Assembly: GCA_951406725.2 (NCBI GenBank)
Contig: OX597825.1
Coordinates: 54,064,001-54,128,000, forward strand
Source: Octopus vulgaris
Taxonomy: Eukaryota
Direction of reading: 5' to 3'
Length of the DNA stretch: 64,000 bases
The position numbers were made by a program, and so were the translations under genes. The notes below the pieces were generated by a model. The model saw nothing but the letters and a program-made list of their open reading frames with translations, did not search any database and was not told where the DNA came from. Position 1 is the stretch's first letter. Every line of letters begins with the position of its first letter. Below, piece by piece: positions 27,743 to 41,449 of the stretch.

Positions 27743-28752
27743 GTAGGTATCCACATGTATGCGTGTGTATATATATTTATCTATTTCTACTTATCAAATT
27801 ATCTCTCATATTATGTATATATATATATATATATACATATAATTATACATCTTCAGTCTCCTATTACGCTTCTACTTGCTTATATAGTTATATCATTTTT
27901 TTTGTTTTATTTATATTATTCCTAATTTTCGTTAATGTTGCTAACAGAATGTTTACCTCACGAAGCTGTACTCTCAATTAGTTCGAAATAATGTAGGAAA
28001 ATTGTCTGTAGCAATGAATTCAGCAAAAATAAATATATTACTCGTCTATTATGATTACTGACAGGAAATGATGGAGAGAGAAATAGTGAAATGGAAAATT
28101 AGTTATTAAATTACAATAAACCTAAATGAAAGATAAACTTAATTTATTTTAAATAATCGATATATACGAAATGAATTTGAGGTAAATATTTGCAATATAA
28201 AGTCAATTATTTTGTTTTCATATTTTTTCTTTAATATGATTCATGAAAACACATGAAAAACACATGAAAAGCAAATTCTAAATTTTCTAATTTCTAATTT
28301 GTATCTTTTACTTTTGTCTTGTTTTTCATTTTCTACGCTAACTTCCTTCAACATTCTGATCTGACAGTTGTCTGTATATTTTTCAGTCTTTCACTCTTTA
28401 TTTTTTTTATTCGTGGCTAATTTTGAAATAATCGGTGTAAAGTCTGGTTTATTTTCCTCAAATTGTTCGCAATTTCCTAAAAACGAATGTCTTGAACGTT
28501 TTTGTCATTCTCTGTCATTTCGTTTAGTCTTAAATTCTCCACTATTAGAATAAGTCTCAGAATGATGTTTGACCATGTATCTGGCTCATCTCGCTGGCTC
28601 ATTTTATATTTGACAGGTCCTCCATCAATTCGAGGATTTATCATTGACAATGGATCCAGGCAAAACTTGAAGTCAGAACGCCCCAAAACAAGAAAAATAT
28701 CAGAAAGCATCTCTATCAAGACTGTAACAATTCCAGAAATTCACTCCAATCT

Positions 28753-28816
<64 letters not shown>

Positions 28817-30814
28817 ATAAATAAGAAAAAAACAGAGTGGCTTTAGGGGTATTTGATTTCAGAGTTTCAAACACCGGAAAGAAACCGCAATTCATTCAAT
28901 CCCATTTTCCACCTTTACAATCTATGTCTATTTCGAGAACACTAACAATTATACGCCAGTTGGATCTCATCTGGTATATACAACTGAAACTATGTATGAT
29001 CACTGAGTTAAGAGTTAATGCTTCTCCCTAAATTAACACGTGGTTCTATACTATATATTTCAATTGAATAAATGCATTGTCACAGACTCGTGTACCGGTA
29101 TATGTGTATATGTACCGTACATCATACCATTAATTTTTGTCTTTGCTGTCCGTTCTAGTCTAAAATCAATATCGCTGCTGCTATTTTATTTTATCATTTT
29201 CTTTACTCTGGGTAAAACAATAAACTCTAGTAATATAGTGTAGCTGGTTCAGTCTATGATAGCTACGCATTTTAGCAAACTGTTCTCACATACACCAGAA
29301 ATCATAAATGTGATGCACTTTTTGACTGAAAAGTGCCCTTATTTCATACAACTAAATCCTGCTTCATGTTCAAATATCACCCATGTATATCATCGAAACC
29401 CTGTTTATATTATTAATTATGTAACCACCACAGATATGCCCGGTTCAAACCTCAGAGTATGTTCACCGACCTTCCAGCAAAAAGTCTTCTATTCTAAAAA
29501 AAAATCAATATTTATGAAATTAGTTGAAATATATTTTATTCATCTATATAATTGTCTGAAGAAGGAAGTATAGCGGAAATTAAATTATTATTGCTCTATT
29601 AGTGGTGATCAAGAGAGTGGTTGAACACGTTTACAATGTCCGGGAAACTAATCAAACCGTTAGTGTCCAGTAAGCTAACCAAAACAGGTTACAAATGTTA
29701 GCAGCAGCCGCGGGCTCAAATGACCCTCTCCCCACATCTTTCGCTTGTAGTATTACGGTGGTTTCTGTTCGTCTGAAAGAGGAATTATTTATCGTCACTG
29801 CCAAAGCACGCCCTATATATTGACTTCCTCCCCTTGTTGTGAATCGTATGTTAATAAGTTCTTATTAAACACTTAATCCCATCTTTCCCACTCTTAATGA
29901 CTATTTCAAGATACCTTTCTGTTTGAATGATTCTCAGACAATTTATAAAATAATCTACACTTCCTGTCTGCACATTATATGTGATTATTAATACCCTATA
30001 CTAAACATTAGAGGATAGAGCGACGATTCCCAGTCTGATAAAATCGTTTCAAAAATTGAATAATACGGCCTCTCTTTATATGAATCTGAAAAAATAAGCT
30101 CCCCCTCCCGTCAACTTCACCAGACATATTAACTATCAAGGTCTCCGTCTGTGCAAATCTTTATCTCACATACGCACATACGCACACTCTCTCACTCTCT
30201 CACATTTTCTCTCTCTCTCTCTCTCACTCTCTCTTCATCCTCAATTATATTTTGTAGTCTATTTATCTAAGAAAAGTCAGACAAAAATACGTTCACCAAC
30301 AACTAACGAAAAGCCATTGCGCTTCATATATTTCCATCAACTAACCATTTATCAATTTCTAGATAACGCCTTACGGATAGGTTAATGGTGACAACAGTCT
30401 CGAAACTAGGATCACATAATTTGTTCTTGCGAAACATGTAAACGTAGAACATTAGGTTTAATTGTGCATTAAGGCATACGTTGTGTTGATAATGGGAAGC
30501 TGGCCAATCGAAAGCTGGGTTGTTGGCTGCCAAATATAGATAAATATGTGTAAGTAAAGATTATATGGGGGAAAACATGGGACAGGAAAGAAAGGTGAAA
30601 AGGAAAAAGAGTAAGAGGAAATATGTTGACGGCAGCAGGTTAGTTGAATATAAACACGTGAATACATGAATACACTAGTAAACACAAAAACTACGTAGAA
30701 ACACTTCTACGAAGCGTAAAATATATTCATATAATATATAGGCACATATATAAAAATATGTAAATAAATCTACATGCATAAATACATATACATACATATT
30801 AAGAAATATATATG

Positions 30815-31406
30815 TATATATTATACAGAGGCCATTATTACACATAAATGCCTCCAAGAGTGCGGAATGTATGTGTAATAATGCCCTCTATATAATATAA
30901 GTATATATATTTAAGGGAAAAAAATTGATGTTTTTTTTTCCCCTTTTGAGGTTTTTCACGCTATCTACTTCATAAATTCTTATGAAGATTTTATCCTATT
31001 TTTAAATTATAAATTTAATCGGAGTATATTCAATAATAAATTTTTATTCCGAATAAGCACGTTGTTACCGAAATGCAATTCGAAGAAACCCGCCATTTAC
31101 ATAGATGTATAAGGGGTAAACATTTCTACATGCTGCGTTGGATACGATAGCTATTCGCCTGGTATGTTAGTTTTATTTATTCATTATATATCTTGAATTA
31201 TGCTTGCAGTGAGGATTGAAAAGTGCATCAAACTGCACCGATTACGAAATCACATTGTGATATGCAGCTACATTCTATTTTCAAATGACTTGCATTAAGA
31301 GTTGGTTTCAGTACGATGTGTTTATTTATTTTAGTAGTTTTGACTTTACGAAGTCCTTCCTAGCGTGTGGCATTTATGTGTAAAAATGCCCTCTATATAA
31401 TATATA
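30815..31406. mobile_element. TA-flanked inverted-repeat (MITE-like) element with three copies of a ~38-bp TIR
   Basis: TATATTATACAGAGGCCATTATTACACATAAATGCC (30815-30852) is reverse-complementary to 30864-30899 and to 31369-31406. Confidence 0.6.
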
Positions 31407-31479
31407 TATGAGCACAATTTACGTTAGTTGAAATATGTTTGTCACATATTTCAGTTCGTTTACAACGGTATGCCTACCA

Positions 31480-33155
31480 ATAAATCCAATACTGAATTGG
31501 TTAATAATCACGCATTCGGACCCTTACTTACTTAATATATGCCCAGATTCACGATTCGAAAACTTAAATCCTGACACCTTTTAGGGTGGGCAGGAGTGCT
31601 AGAGAAAGAATAATAAACTGGTTCCATTCACTCTTCACCCGCTATTGCCAAATTACCAAAATTGTTATTGCAGCCTTAGAAAAGACTTTCCTCACCTAGC
31701 ATGTATAGGAAGATTTTTAACCTCCATTACGTTAAGTTGTCATACTTCACTGCTTATTATGTAGCAGATTTTATACGTACGAATATATTAAACAATTTAT
31801 TGACCCATCTACCATTAGGGTTAAAAAGAACCGTGCACAATATTTCAGAATACACAACTCAGCACATCCATCTCAAACCAGAGAGGTAACTATTATTTCG
31901 TATGTTAAAATGAGGTCTAATTCACATTCCACTCGACAAAACATGCGTGATTGATGTGCAGGTTTTGCATACGGTAACATTCTAAAAAAGAACAACATTC
32001 AAAGCACTGACCACGACATTGGTATTCCTACAGACCCTTGCTACTCAAAAAACTAAGAAGGAGTTTAGTGATGGCACTCGTGGATCCGACGATAACAACC
32101 TATCCTACACACAGTGTTGACACTCACATACATTGCGTACTTATAAATCCCCTTCCTTCTGCTCATTAGATAACATGTACCTAATGAACAACATTGTTCG
32201 TCAATGTTTAGTTACAACAAACCAGTAAATAGGTTTCCATAGATGTTGCTAGTAATAGCTTCAAATATAGATTACGTAATCAAGATATGACATTTAAATC
32301 TGAAGCTAAGGCTGCTACCAGTATTCTGTCTAAAATAATTTGGAAATTCAAGAAGGATTTAATTGACTGCCATAACGACAACATTACCATACAGTAAAGA
32401 CAACATTATTGATAGATTTGACAAACTTGAAAATTAAACATTCTGCAAAACTTTAAAACTGCCATTTAACACTGCTAGTCAATCCCTCCTCATTTGTACT
32501 TAACGACAACTTTCAGAAATTTTCTTTTCCTCACCAGATAATTCATTAAGAGTCGTATACACAGTTTACGCAATACTTTCCTCCGCGGCAAACCTTAACT
32601 CTTATTAAGCAATTCATGTCACTATTTATTTGCAGTTACTGAAAATTTCGTCAGGAATCTCGTTTTTGCTCCACTCCTTCCTTTATTTCTTCAAAAATAT
32701 TTAGCACAACTACGATCTTCTGTAATAGATAATTTTACTTTTTTTTACTAGTATACCAAACACTGGATTCTACATTATTTCTCTTTGTTACTATACTATA
32801 TCGATGTAGCAATCTGGCTGGGACTAGTACATTTTTCAGACCTTTTGCTCCTGATATATAACTTGAAACTTCATTTATTTTCCAACCACGCCGAGCGTAA
32901 TGGTACATCCTAACTCTTCCTACCTATATGCTTTCACATTTCATATTTCTACTTGCCTAATGAGCGTAAACATACGTATATGAACGTGAATGAATTCTTC
33001 ATAACCAGTTGATCTAGCAAGCGGGGCCTCATATCAGTGAGGGGGGCCGGTGCGCATTGATGCCGTCGAGAGCTAGGCCCCGAAACGGCGCGCATTCTCT
33101 CCTGATGACCCCATACACTTGCTAGCTTCCGATATACGGAGCTTTTAACTGGTAG
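31480..33155 (+). mobile_element. Highly degraded Penelope-like element 3' part (linker, GIY-YIG region, 3' UTR)
   Basis: Broken translations INWFHSLF, RKIFNLHYVKLSY, CSLDNMYLMNNIVRQCLVT and IDVASNSFKYRLRNQDMTFK..TSILSKIIWKFK match the PLE consensus order WFNPPF / KIFNxNTxKLSY / YIGxTxNxFKxRxxNH / LSKxIWxLK. Confidence 0.65.
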
Positions 33156-33445
33156 CACTTGCATGTGCAAGTTGTTTGCAAGACATCTATACATGTAACT
33201 CTGTTTACTTATCTCGTTTCAGTTTTCTTGTCGCGCAATTTATTATTTATGAATATGTGTATGTTCGTGCGTGTATGCCATTGCAAATGTATATGTATAG
33301 ACATGTGCAACCACACACGTACATTCACACGCACACACGCACACACACACACGTACACTAATAAGAAGAGAAAGACTATTTTTAATACATCTTTCAATGA
33401 TTCATTACAATTGTTTATCAATTGTGTTGCAACGCCAGCTTACGC

Positions 33446-33547
33446 GAGAAGAAGAAGGAGGAGGATGAGGAAGAGGAGGAGGAGGAGGAGGAGGAGAAGA
33501 AGAAGAAGAAGAAGAAGAAGAAGAAGAAGAAGAAGAAGAAGAAGAAG

Positions 33548-33579
<32 letters not shown>

Positions 33580-33590
33580 GAAGAAGACGA
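33446..33590. repeat. (GAG)n-(GAA)n microsatellite
   Basis: Seen directly. Confidence 0.97.
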
Positions 33591-35202
33591 CTCTTAGTGG
33601 GTCAGTACAACGATTCCACTGGTACCGAATTTCGTTTGATGTGGGGAAATTAATTTGAACACCACACGATGTTCTTTGACAATGGAAAAGGAAAAAACTG
33701 TGAAATAGTTCACTTGACAATTGCTCAGGAATCAAATAATAATGAGGATACTCATGATCTTTCTGGTGGGGATTAATGTGGTAGGATACCATAAATCACC
33801 TACATTATAAGGCACAAAGAGAAAATTACTCTCCCCAGACACGACAGAATATGCTTCAACACACGAACTCATATAAAGAATCTTGCAAACCAAAACCAAA
33901 AACGAAATATGGCTTAATAAATAAAATGCATCGACTGATAATTAATATTTAGCTAATGATACACAAATAACAGTTCTATGAAAGAGATTGAGGGTGAAAA
34001 TGTTTAGGCTAAATATAAAATTTATTCCGTTTATAGAATATATAATGTACATCTATATGTGTGTGTGTGTAAATATGTACATATGAGTGTATGTGTGTGT
34101 GGGAGTGAATTTAAGCATGTATATGTATTTATACAGATATATTTGTTCACATATGTTTATATGTGTGTTTATATATATATATGTATATACTGCATTTATT
34201 TACGTTGTTATTTTTCTTTGCGTGTGTGTGTCTACTAGTACGTATACATACAACTAACTTACAACTGTCAACTTATTTATAATTCCTTTTTTCATTTTCC
34301 TCTTCTTTCCTCTTCGATGTTTTTCGCCATATTTTAATATTCGTATTTATCTTTAGCATTAAGCTTCGCATATCTTTCGGCGCACCGGCTACCCCAACAC
34401 CAAACATTCATTAATGAGATTATAATGTACCGCAGTTACTACCAGAATCTGAGTATGCTGATAACAAACGAAAACATACGCCTTTTTTACTTCTCTAAGG
34501 TAAGAGGTAAGTAGTTCGCCATTAGTCCTTTACCGATTCCAACCACCAATGTTACATTTTTATTCCTTTCTGAATCTTCATTTGCATTCTTCGCTATGGC
34601 AAACTGTGTTCCACTAAACAGTCGTATGTATCTGATAAGAGACTACACGGGATGGCTACAAGATATCTATTATGTTATGTGAGATGCAACCGATGTGCAT
34701 TTGATACGGTTGTAGGACTCGATTTTTTTTTTTTTTTAGTAATTTAGTAATTGAACTATAAGTAACGTTTGTTGCTTTCGAAACATGTTTTATAGTACTT
34801 GCTATCTTATCGAAAGCATCTGATTAATTTTGATACAGGACGAACTGAATCTAATGCATAGATTAAGACATTTTATTGATCAATTCACGAGTCGTCTGTG
34901 TTTTCTGTTCCACCAGTATTTAAGCTAGACATTAACCAACTGCGTTTAACCATGGTCATTTCATTGATCTCAATACATCTTGTATGTATACGTATGTATC
35001 ACCATGATCATTGCCATGATCGACCGCTAGCCACTAAAGCTTTTTCTTTTTTTTATTTTCTCGAGTTCCTTTCTGTTGTAGGGCGTAGGCCCGAGACGCA
35101 AAAGACTTTCTCACCTTGCCGGGCGTTAAATTAATACATCTGTTTGTTGTTTACACACCTGTCTTCGTCTTTTCCTTTTTTTGTAAATTCCAACTATTTA
35201 TT

Positions 35203-35254
<52 letters not shown>

Positions 35255-36333
35255 TATGCACATACACATGCGCGCATATTGTGTGTGTTTTTGTGTGTCT
35301 GTATCTCATTACACATATATATATATATATATATATGTATGTATAATATATAATTAAACATTGAGACGTGGGCCTTGTTCATGAGTGTTTATGTTTGTTA
35401 GCAACAGCATCGACCTAGACGTGGATGCTGTAAGCCATTATAGGCCTTGTCTCGGCTTTGCAGAGACTTATTAATTTTTAGACCATGATGGCCAAGGAAA
35501 TAACCAGAAATAAATAAATGAATGAATGAGTAAATGTTCATATTATTGTACCAATACCTAACGTCTCCATGTATGGATTTAATCATTCTGCATTGATACA
35601 AGAATTACCAGTTACAGATTCTAGTCAGCTGATTATACACTTCTCCACATCGTACCATACACAGAAATCGATATTTATACGAATGTTGTTAATTCGATTA
35701 ATTACATAGGTACAAGCTGTCTGACAATTCGTATTAGTTCCGTGTAGATCATGATTTTCTCAATTGTTTCTTCGATTTGTTTTTCAAGGAAATAATAATG
35801 AATAAATGTATGTAAAATTAGGAGGTTAAAAAGAAGCAGTCTGCTTTAACAAAATAATGATTTCTTTGGAGATTAAAGAAACAGTTAATGTTAAATCGAC
35901 ATGTGAAGAAAAATGGCTCTGCTGGAAATACCAAAAATATTTTTTCGTAGGATACATTAACAATATCTCTTTTTAATGAAGAAAATTATTTAAATGAAAT
36001 ATTTAAACAAGTAGAATAGGCAATAGAGTAAAACATAATATACCAGCAGATAACATTCTCATAGAAGCTGTTCAAATAGGTATTTTTAATTAATAAAATT
36101 ACATATCACATTATAATACAGATTATTATGAATGTGATGTTTCGATAGGCGTCACTGCAACAGCTATCTAATTATTTGGAATCAATAGAAGGAAATCCGT
36201 TTAGCATATATTATTTGTAGTCTTAGACATAGCTACCAGTCTTTCTGCAGTCAAGAAGAACAGGAAACGTAATGGAGATTACTTAAGCCTAAAAAATATT
36301 GTACTCCAACTTTCTGATTCTATCAGAACGGGC

Positions 36334-36444
<111 letters not shown>

Positions 36445-37469
36445 GCTTCAGTTAGAAGCAAGCGTCCAATTGGGACGTTTAATATAACCAACCAAGTGTA
36501 TGTTAGATACTAGATAAAGTCACTTGCTGTGTTCTTTAAAGGCAGCAAGTAATGTTGAACGTGTATACATACATATATTCTCGTGCGTGTGTGTTTGTAT
36601 GTGTGACTGTATGTGTAGGTACGCTTATGTATGTATACAGAATCAGCCGCTCACACACAAATATACACATATGCATATAAACGCACGTGTGTATGTGTGT
36701 ATGTATGAATGTATGCATGTACCTATCAGTATGCTTTATAAAGATACACAGAGGCATGTATGAATGGATGTATACATTCATCTCGTTTGTCTAAGACATG
36801 TTTCTAAGTAAGTCTGTGCGGTCTTTTTAAAGACATGCGCAAGATTTTCTTTAACTAACAAACGAATGTTGGAGCGCTCTTTTGTTTTCGAGTTAAATTT
36901 TGTTTTGTCTTTACTTTTCCTATTGATTTTGTCTAACATTCTCTGGGCATTATCAGCTACACACAATTGGAAGAAGAACAAAAACAATTAAGAATATTAA
37001 AAATTATCATCTAAACTTTCACTGTTCCTGATAAACTCTTGGGACATCTTAAAGAAAAGCCAAGTGAAAGACATGCTCTTTTGCTAATAAGAGATCTAAT
37101 CGTGAAGTATTCTGTTAACACTTGTACGTGGACAAAATCTTATCTTTGCCTGCAGAACTTTGACAAAGAAACTGCATAGTTTTATCTAAATAATAATTAA
37201 TCCAGTACTTTCTGTCAGAGTAGCAAAGATTTGTAAAAATAAATATTGATTTTCCGAGAATTTAAACTTCTATTCAAAATGCTATTGATGAATCCGGAAG
37301 TAAAGAATTGCAGACATCACGCTCCTCACAATTTCCAACAAAGAGCAGATAGTAAAAAATTAAAATCAAATGCATTCAAACCATTATGAAAATGCCTTGG
37401 CAAAAATTACTCTTTTCGAAATTCTAGTTTCACGACTAAGAGATATATATCATGAACAGAGAGAACATG

Positions 37470-37510
<41 letters not shown>

Positions 37511-37620
37511 AGAGAGAGAGAGAGAGAGAGAGAGGAAGAGAGAGAAGGGGGAGAGAGATACATACATATACATACATGTATATATATTTATATATATATA
37601 TACACACACACAAATATACG

Positions 37621-37651
<31 letters not shown>

Positions 37652-39425
37652 TTATGCATGCATGCATATGTATATGTATATAGGTACACACACACGCACA
37701 CACACAGACACACACACACACACATATATATATATATGCATCTACGTGTGCATGGATATATGTATGGATGGATTTAAGCATGTATGCGTAAAACGATTGT
37801 GATAGATTGATGGAAAAAGGAGGAGAGAGATGTAAGTAATGTGTGCGACTAAAAAGATAGATGAATTTATTGAGAAGGATGTTCTACAATATTATATTGT
37901 TATTCTTTATAGATTTAAAATAGTAATGTTATAAATGTTATTGTAGAGATAATTTGTGATATTAAATTCGATATTTGAACAGCTGAAATTAACATGTTCA
38001 CAATTCTTTTTTCACACAATCATAAATTAGATGCAATTCAAAATTTGAGAAGCAACAGACACATTTCAAGGATGATGTGTTGTTTGGAATTACTTCTCTT
38101 TGTCATCTCTCTCTGTATATACATGTGCGAGTGATTGCGTGTGTGTTTGCATATGTATATATAGAGACGGAGAGACAGAGTGAGAGAAAGAGATAAGTAG
38201 CGAGAGGAAGTAAGTGTGATACACGTTGACTGAGACAAAGAAATTCGCTTAATGAACTGCAAAGTGTCGAAGTACCTGGCAGGCGAAACTGCAAGACCCA
38301 ATGAACTTTATTATACATTGGTCTATTCGCAGAATAATGTATTCTAGTTAGTAAATTTAACTTGTTATTCTGAAACTGCCTTTGAAGAGCCTCAGAGGGT
38401 GTGTATATGTGTGTGTGTGTGTGTATTCATGTATGTATACGTGTGTATGTATTTATACATGCATGTGTGTGTATGTGTGTGTGTGTACGTGTGGGGTGTT
38501 TAGCACAGAGGAAGTCCCGAAATTTGATGCAAGCTATTAGTCAATACTTATACTTTTATTTAGACCCTGCATGGATGAATGTCAAAGTTGATCTCCGCCG
38601 GCTCTGAACTGAGGATCCGGAACGAATGTTGCAAATATTATTTCTCCTATGCTTTAATAATTCTGCCAATCCACTAGCTTCAATGTCGTTTCACGAACAA
38701 ATATTGAAGTTGTTAACACGTTTTGTACAATAATTGAATATCAGATTTAATATATACTTCATATTGGTATGTTTGAAGTATTTTTCTATCTTTTATATTT
38801 CGAACCACATAGGACATATTGTTTTATATTAGGATATTACGGAAGTACGTGACGGAATGGGTAGAACAATAAAAGTTTCGAGAAAACATTCTCTCTAAAC
38901 ATATCTACGTAAATATTCCATTTGCATAAGATATAAACTCATGAAGAAGCAGATGTATTTGCCTACTATTTTATAATGTGGCTTCTCTGAATCTATGTTG
39001 ATGCATTTGCACATGTGTCTGTAATTCAAAGATTTTCCGGAAAACACTAGTATTTTCTCGTGCACACAAGTCAATTTCAGCTCTACACGTCGCTTATGCA
39101 AAGGAGAGACTGCCATCTTGGGTGAATACAATCCTGTCGTTGCAGACGTTGCTGCTTACATGTAAAGATCCGAAACAGATATTACATCTTTCTTAAGCTC
39201 CTGCCAATTATGCCATCAGTAATTATTTTTATCTACGTAAAGGTAAAGTTGACCTCAGTGTGATCTGAAGTCACGAGCGGACACAGAACGAATATCACGA
39301 GATATAATAAGCTCTAATGACCCTGCCAATACGCCGCTTTCATATTCTGTATATTATTATACACAAATATATTTTCCCATATCGACAGATTGGCAAACAG
39401 ACAAGTATACATACATACATATGTG

Positions 39426-39478
<53 letters not shown>

Positions 39479-39982
39479 AACATACATATACATATACAAA
39501 TACAAACGCAAACCCACACATATGCATATATATAAAGAGAGAGAGAGCGAGAAAGATTTATGTATTTTATGTATATGTAATTGTATTTATGTGTACATGA
39601 ATGAATGTTTTACATTGGGACTAATTTCCTATCTTGTAAGAAATACATTTATCACATACCACCAAACTGCGAATGCTATTTGATATCATTTACAGCGGTG
39701 GTAAATTAAGTGCCAAACTAAATGTGTTCGAAATATTACTTTCTCGTCTGTATGATACGATACACATTTGAAGCGTCCAAAAACAATTAAAACATGTTTG
39801 TTTACAAATGTGTCATTGTATTTCTACGTTGTATGTCCAAGTACGCCTTTGCGTATATACCTCATGAGTGTAAATATGCTATAATCATATAGGATATATG
39901 CACTCAGCCCGACTCTAGTTAGTTTGTCTTTAACTTAGTCATTTTAAACCTGAGAATATTGTGAACAATATTTGTGTATATT

Positions 39983-40582
39983 TATTTCTTTATTTCCCAC
40001 AAGGGGCTAAACACAGAGGGAACAAACATGGACAGACAAACGGATTAAGTCGATTACATCGACCGCAGTGTGTGAACTGATACTTATTTAATCAACCCTG
40101 AAAGGATGAAAGACAAAGCCTACCCCGATGGCATTTGAACTCAGAACGTAACGGCAGTCAAATACCCATTTCTTTACGACCAACAAGGGGCTAAACACAG
40201 AGGGAACAAAGAAGGAGAGACCAACGGATTAAGTCGATTATATCGATCCCAGTGCGTAACTGGCACTTATTTAATCGACCCCGACAGGATGAAAGGCAAA
40301 GTTGACCTCGGCTGAATTTGAACTCAGAACGTAGCGGCAGACGAAATACCTATTTCTTTAGTGCCCACAAGGGGCTACACATAGAGAGGACAAACAAGGG
40401 CACACAAACGGATTAAGTTGATTATATCGACCCCAGTGCGTAGCTGGTACTTATTTAATCGACCCCGAAAGGATGAAAGGCAAAGTCGACCTCGGCGGAA
40501 TTTGAACTCAAAACGTAGCGGCAGACGAAATACCGCTAAGCATTTCGCCTGGTCTGCTAACGATTCTGCCAGCTCGCTGCCC
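39983..40582 (-). mobile_element. SINE family B trimer (one head plus three ~183-bp units) with 16-bp TSD
   Basis: Units start near 39983, 40168 and 40351; head GGCAGCGAGCTGGCAGAATCGTTAG; TSD AATATTTGTGTATATT at 39967-39982 and 40584-40599. Confidence 0.92.
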
Positions 40583-40964
40583 TAATATTTGTGTATATTG
40601 CATAAGAAAAATATAATGACTCAAATGATGGCATCTCAGCAGACGAATCTCAGGTCCGTTTCGAAGTAACAGAAGGATTACATAGGGTGAAAGCAACAGT
40701 AAACTATTGATTGTCTATTTTTCGCCTCTATTTACTCCACCTTTCTCTCTTTCTTTTTAACTCCCTTGGAATAATATTGTGCGTAACTATACCTTGTAGC
40801 TTGGTATTAGCAATAACCAGACTGCTTGGGACAACAGTGGTAACAGCTGTTGTGGTGTAGTGGTTGTGTATATAGAGGCATGAATGAATGTGTAGTTATT
40901 TTTAGGGCTCAAAATCTCTTACTATTTGGTGAATTAGCACAATAATTGCGGTAGTCGTACTAGT

Positions 40965-41190
40965 AATTGCTACTGCTACTGTTACTACCACCAACAATAC
41001 AGCTGCTTCTACTACTACTACTACTACTACTGCTACTACTACTACTACTACTACTACTGCTGCTGCTGCAGCTACTTCTACTACTACTACAACCTACACC
41101 ACCACAACCACCACCACTACCACTACTACTACTACTACCAACCCCACCACAACCACCACCACTACCACCACTACTACTACTACTACTACA
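40965..41190. repeat. (CTA)n/(CCA)n compound microsatellite
   Basis: Seen directly. Confidence 0.95.
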
Positions 41191-41449
41191 CTTCGTTGGT
41201 TATGCTCTCGGCCTCTGTAGAATACATTTAATACTATGAAATGTGATGAGGAGAATATATAAAATAGTTTGTCGTAAGATACTCATGTTGCTTCTGTATT
41301 TTTTTATCAGTAAGTGTGATATTTAAATTATTTCATTGATATTCAAGAAAAAATACATGAAAAAGAACAAAAACAGCACCAAAAAACAGAAGTAGTCTAT
41401 GTAATTTCATACATTATTTATTTACACGTCCCTTGGTATTGTTTTGAAA

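Noticed and set aside
39983-40582. CRISPR-like array
   Set aside because: Eukaryotic context; these are ~183-bp tandem SINE units with no unique spacers.
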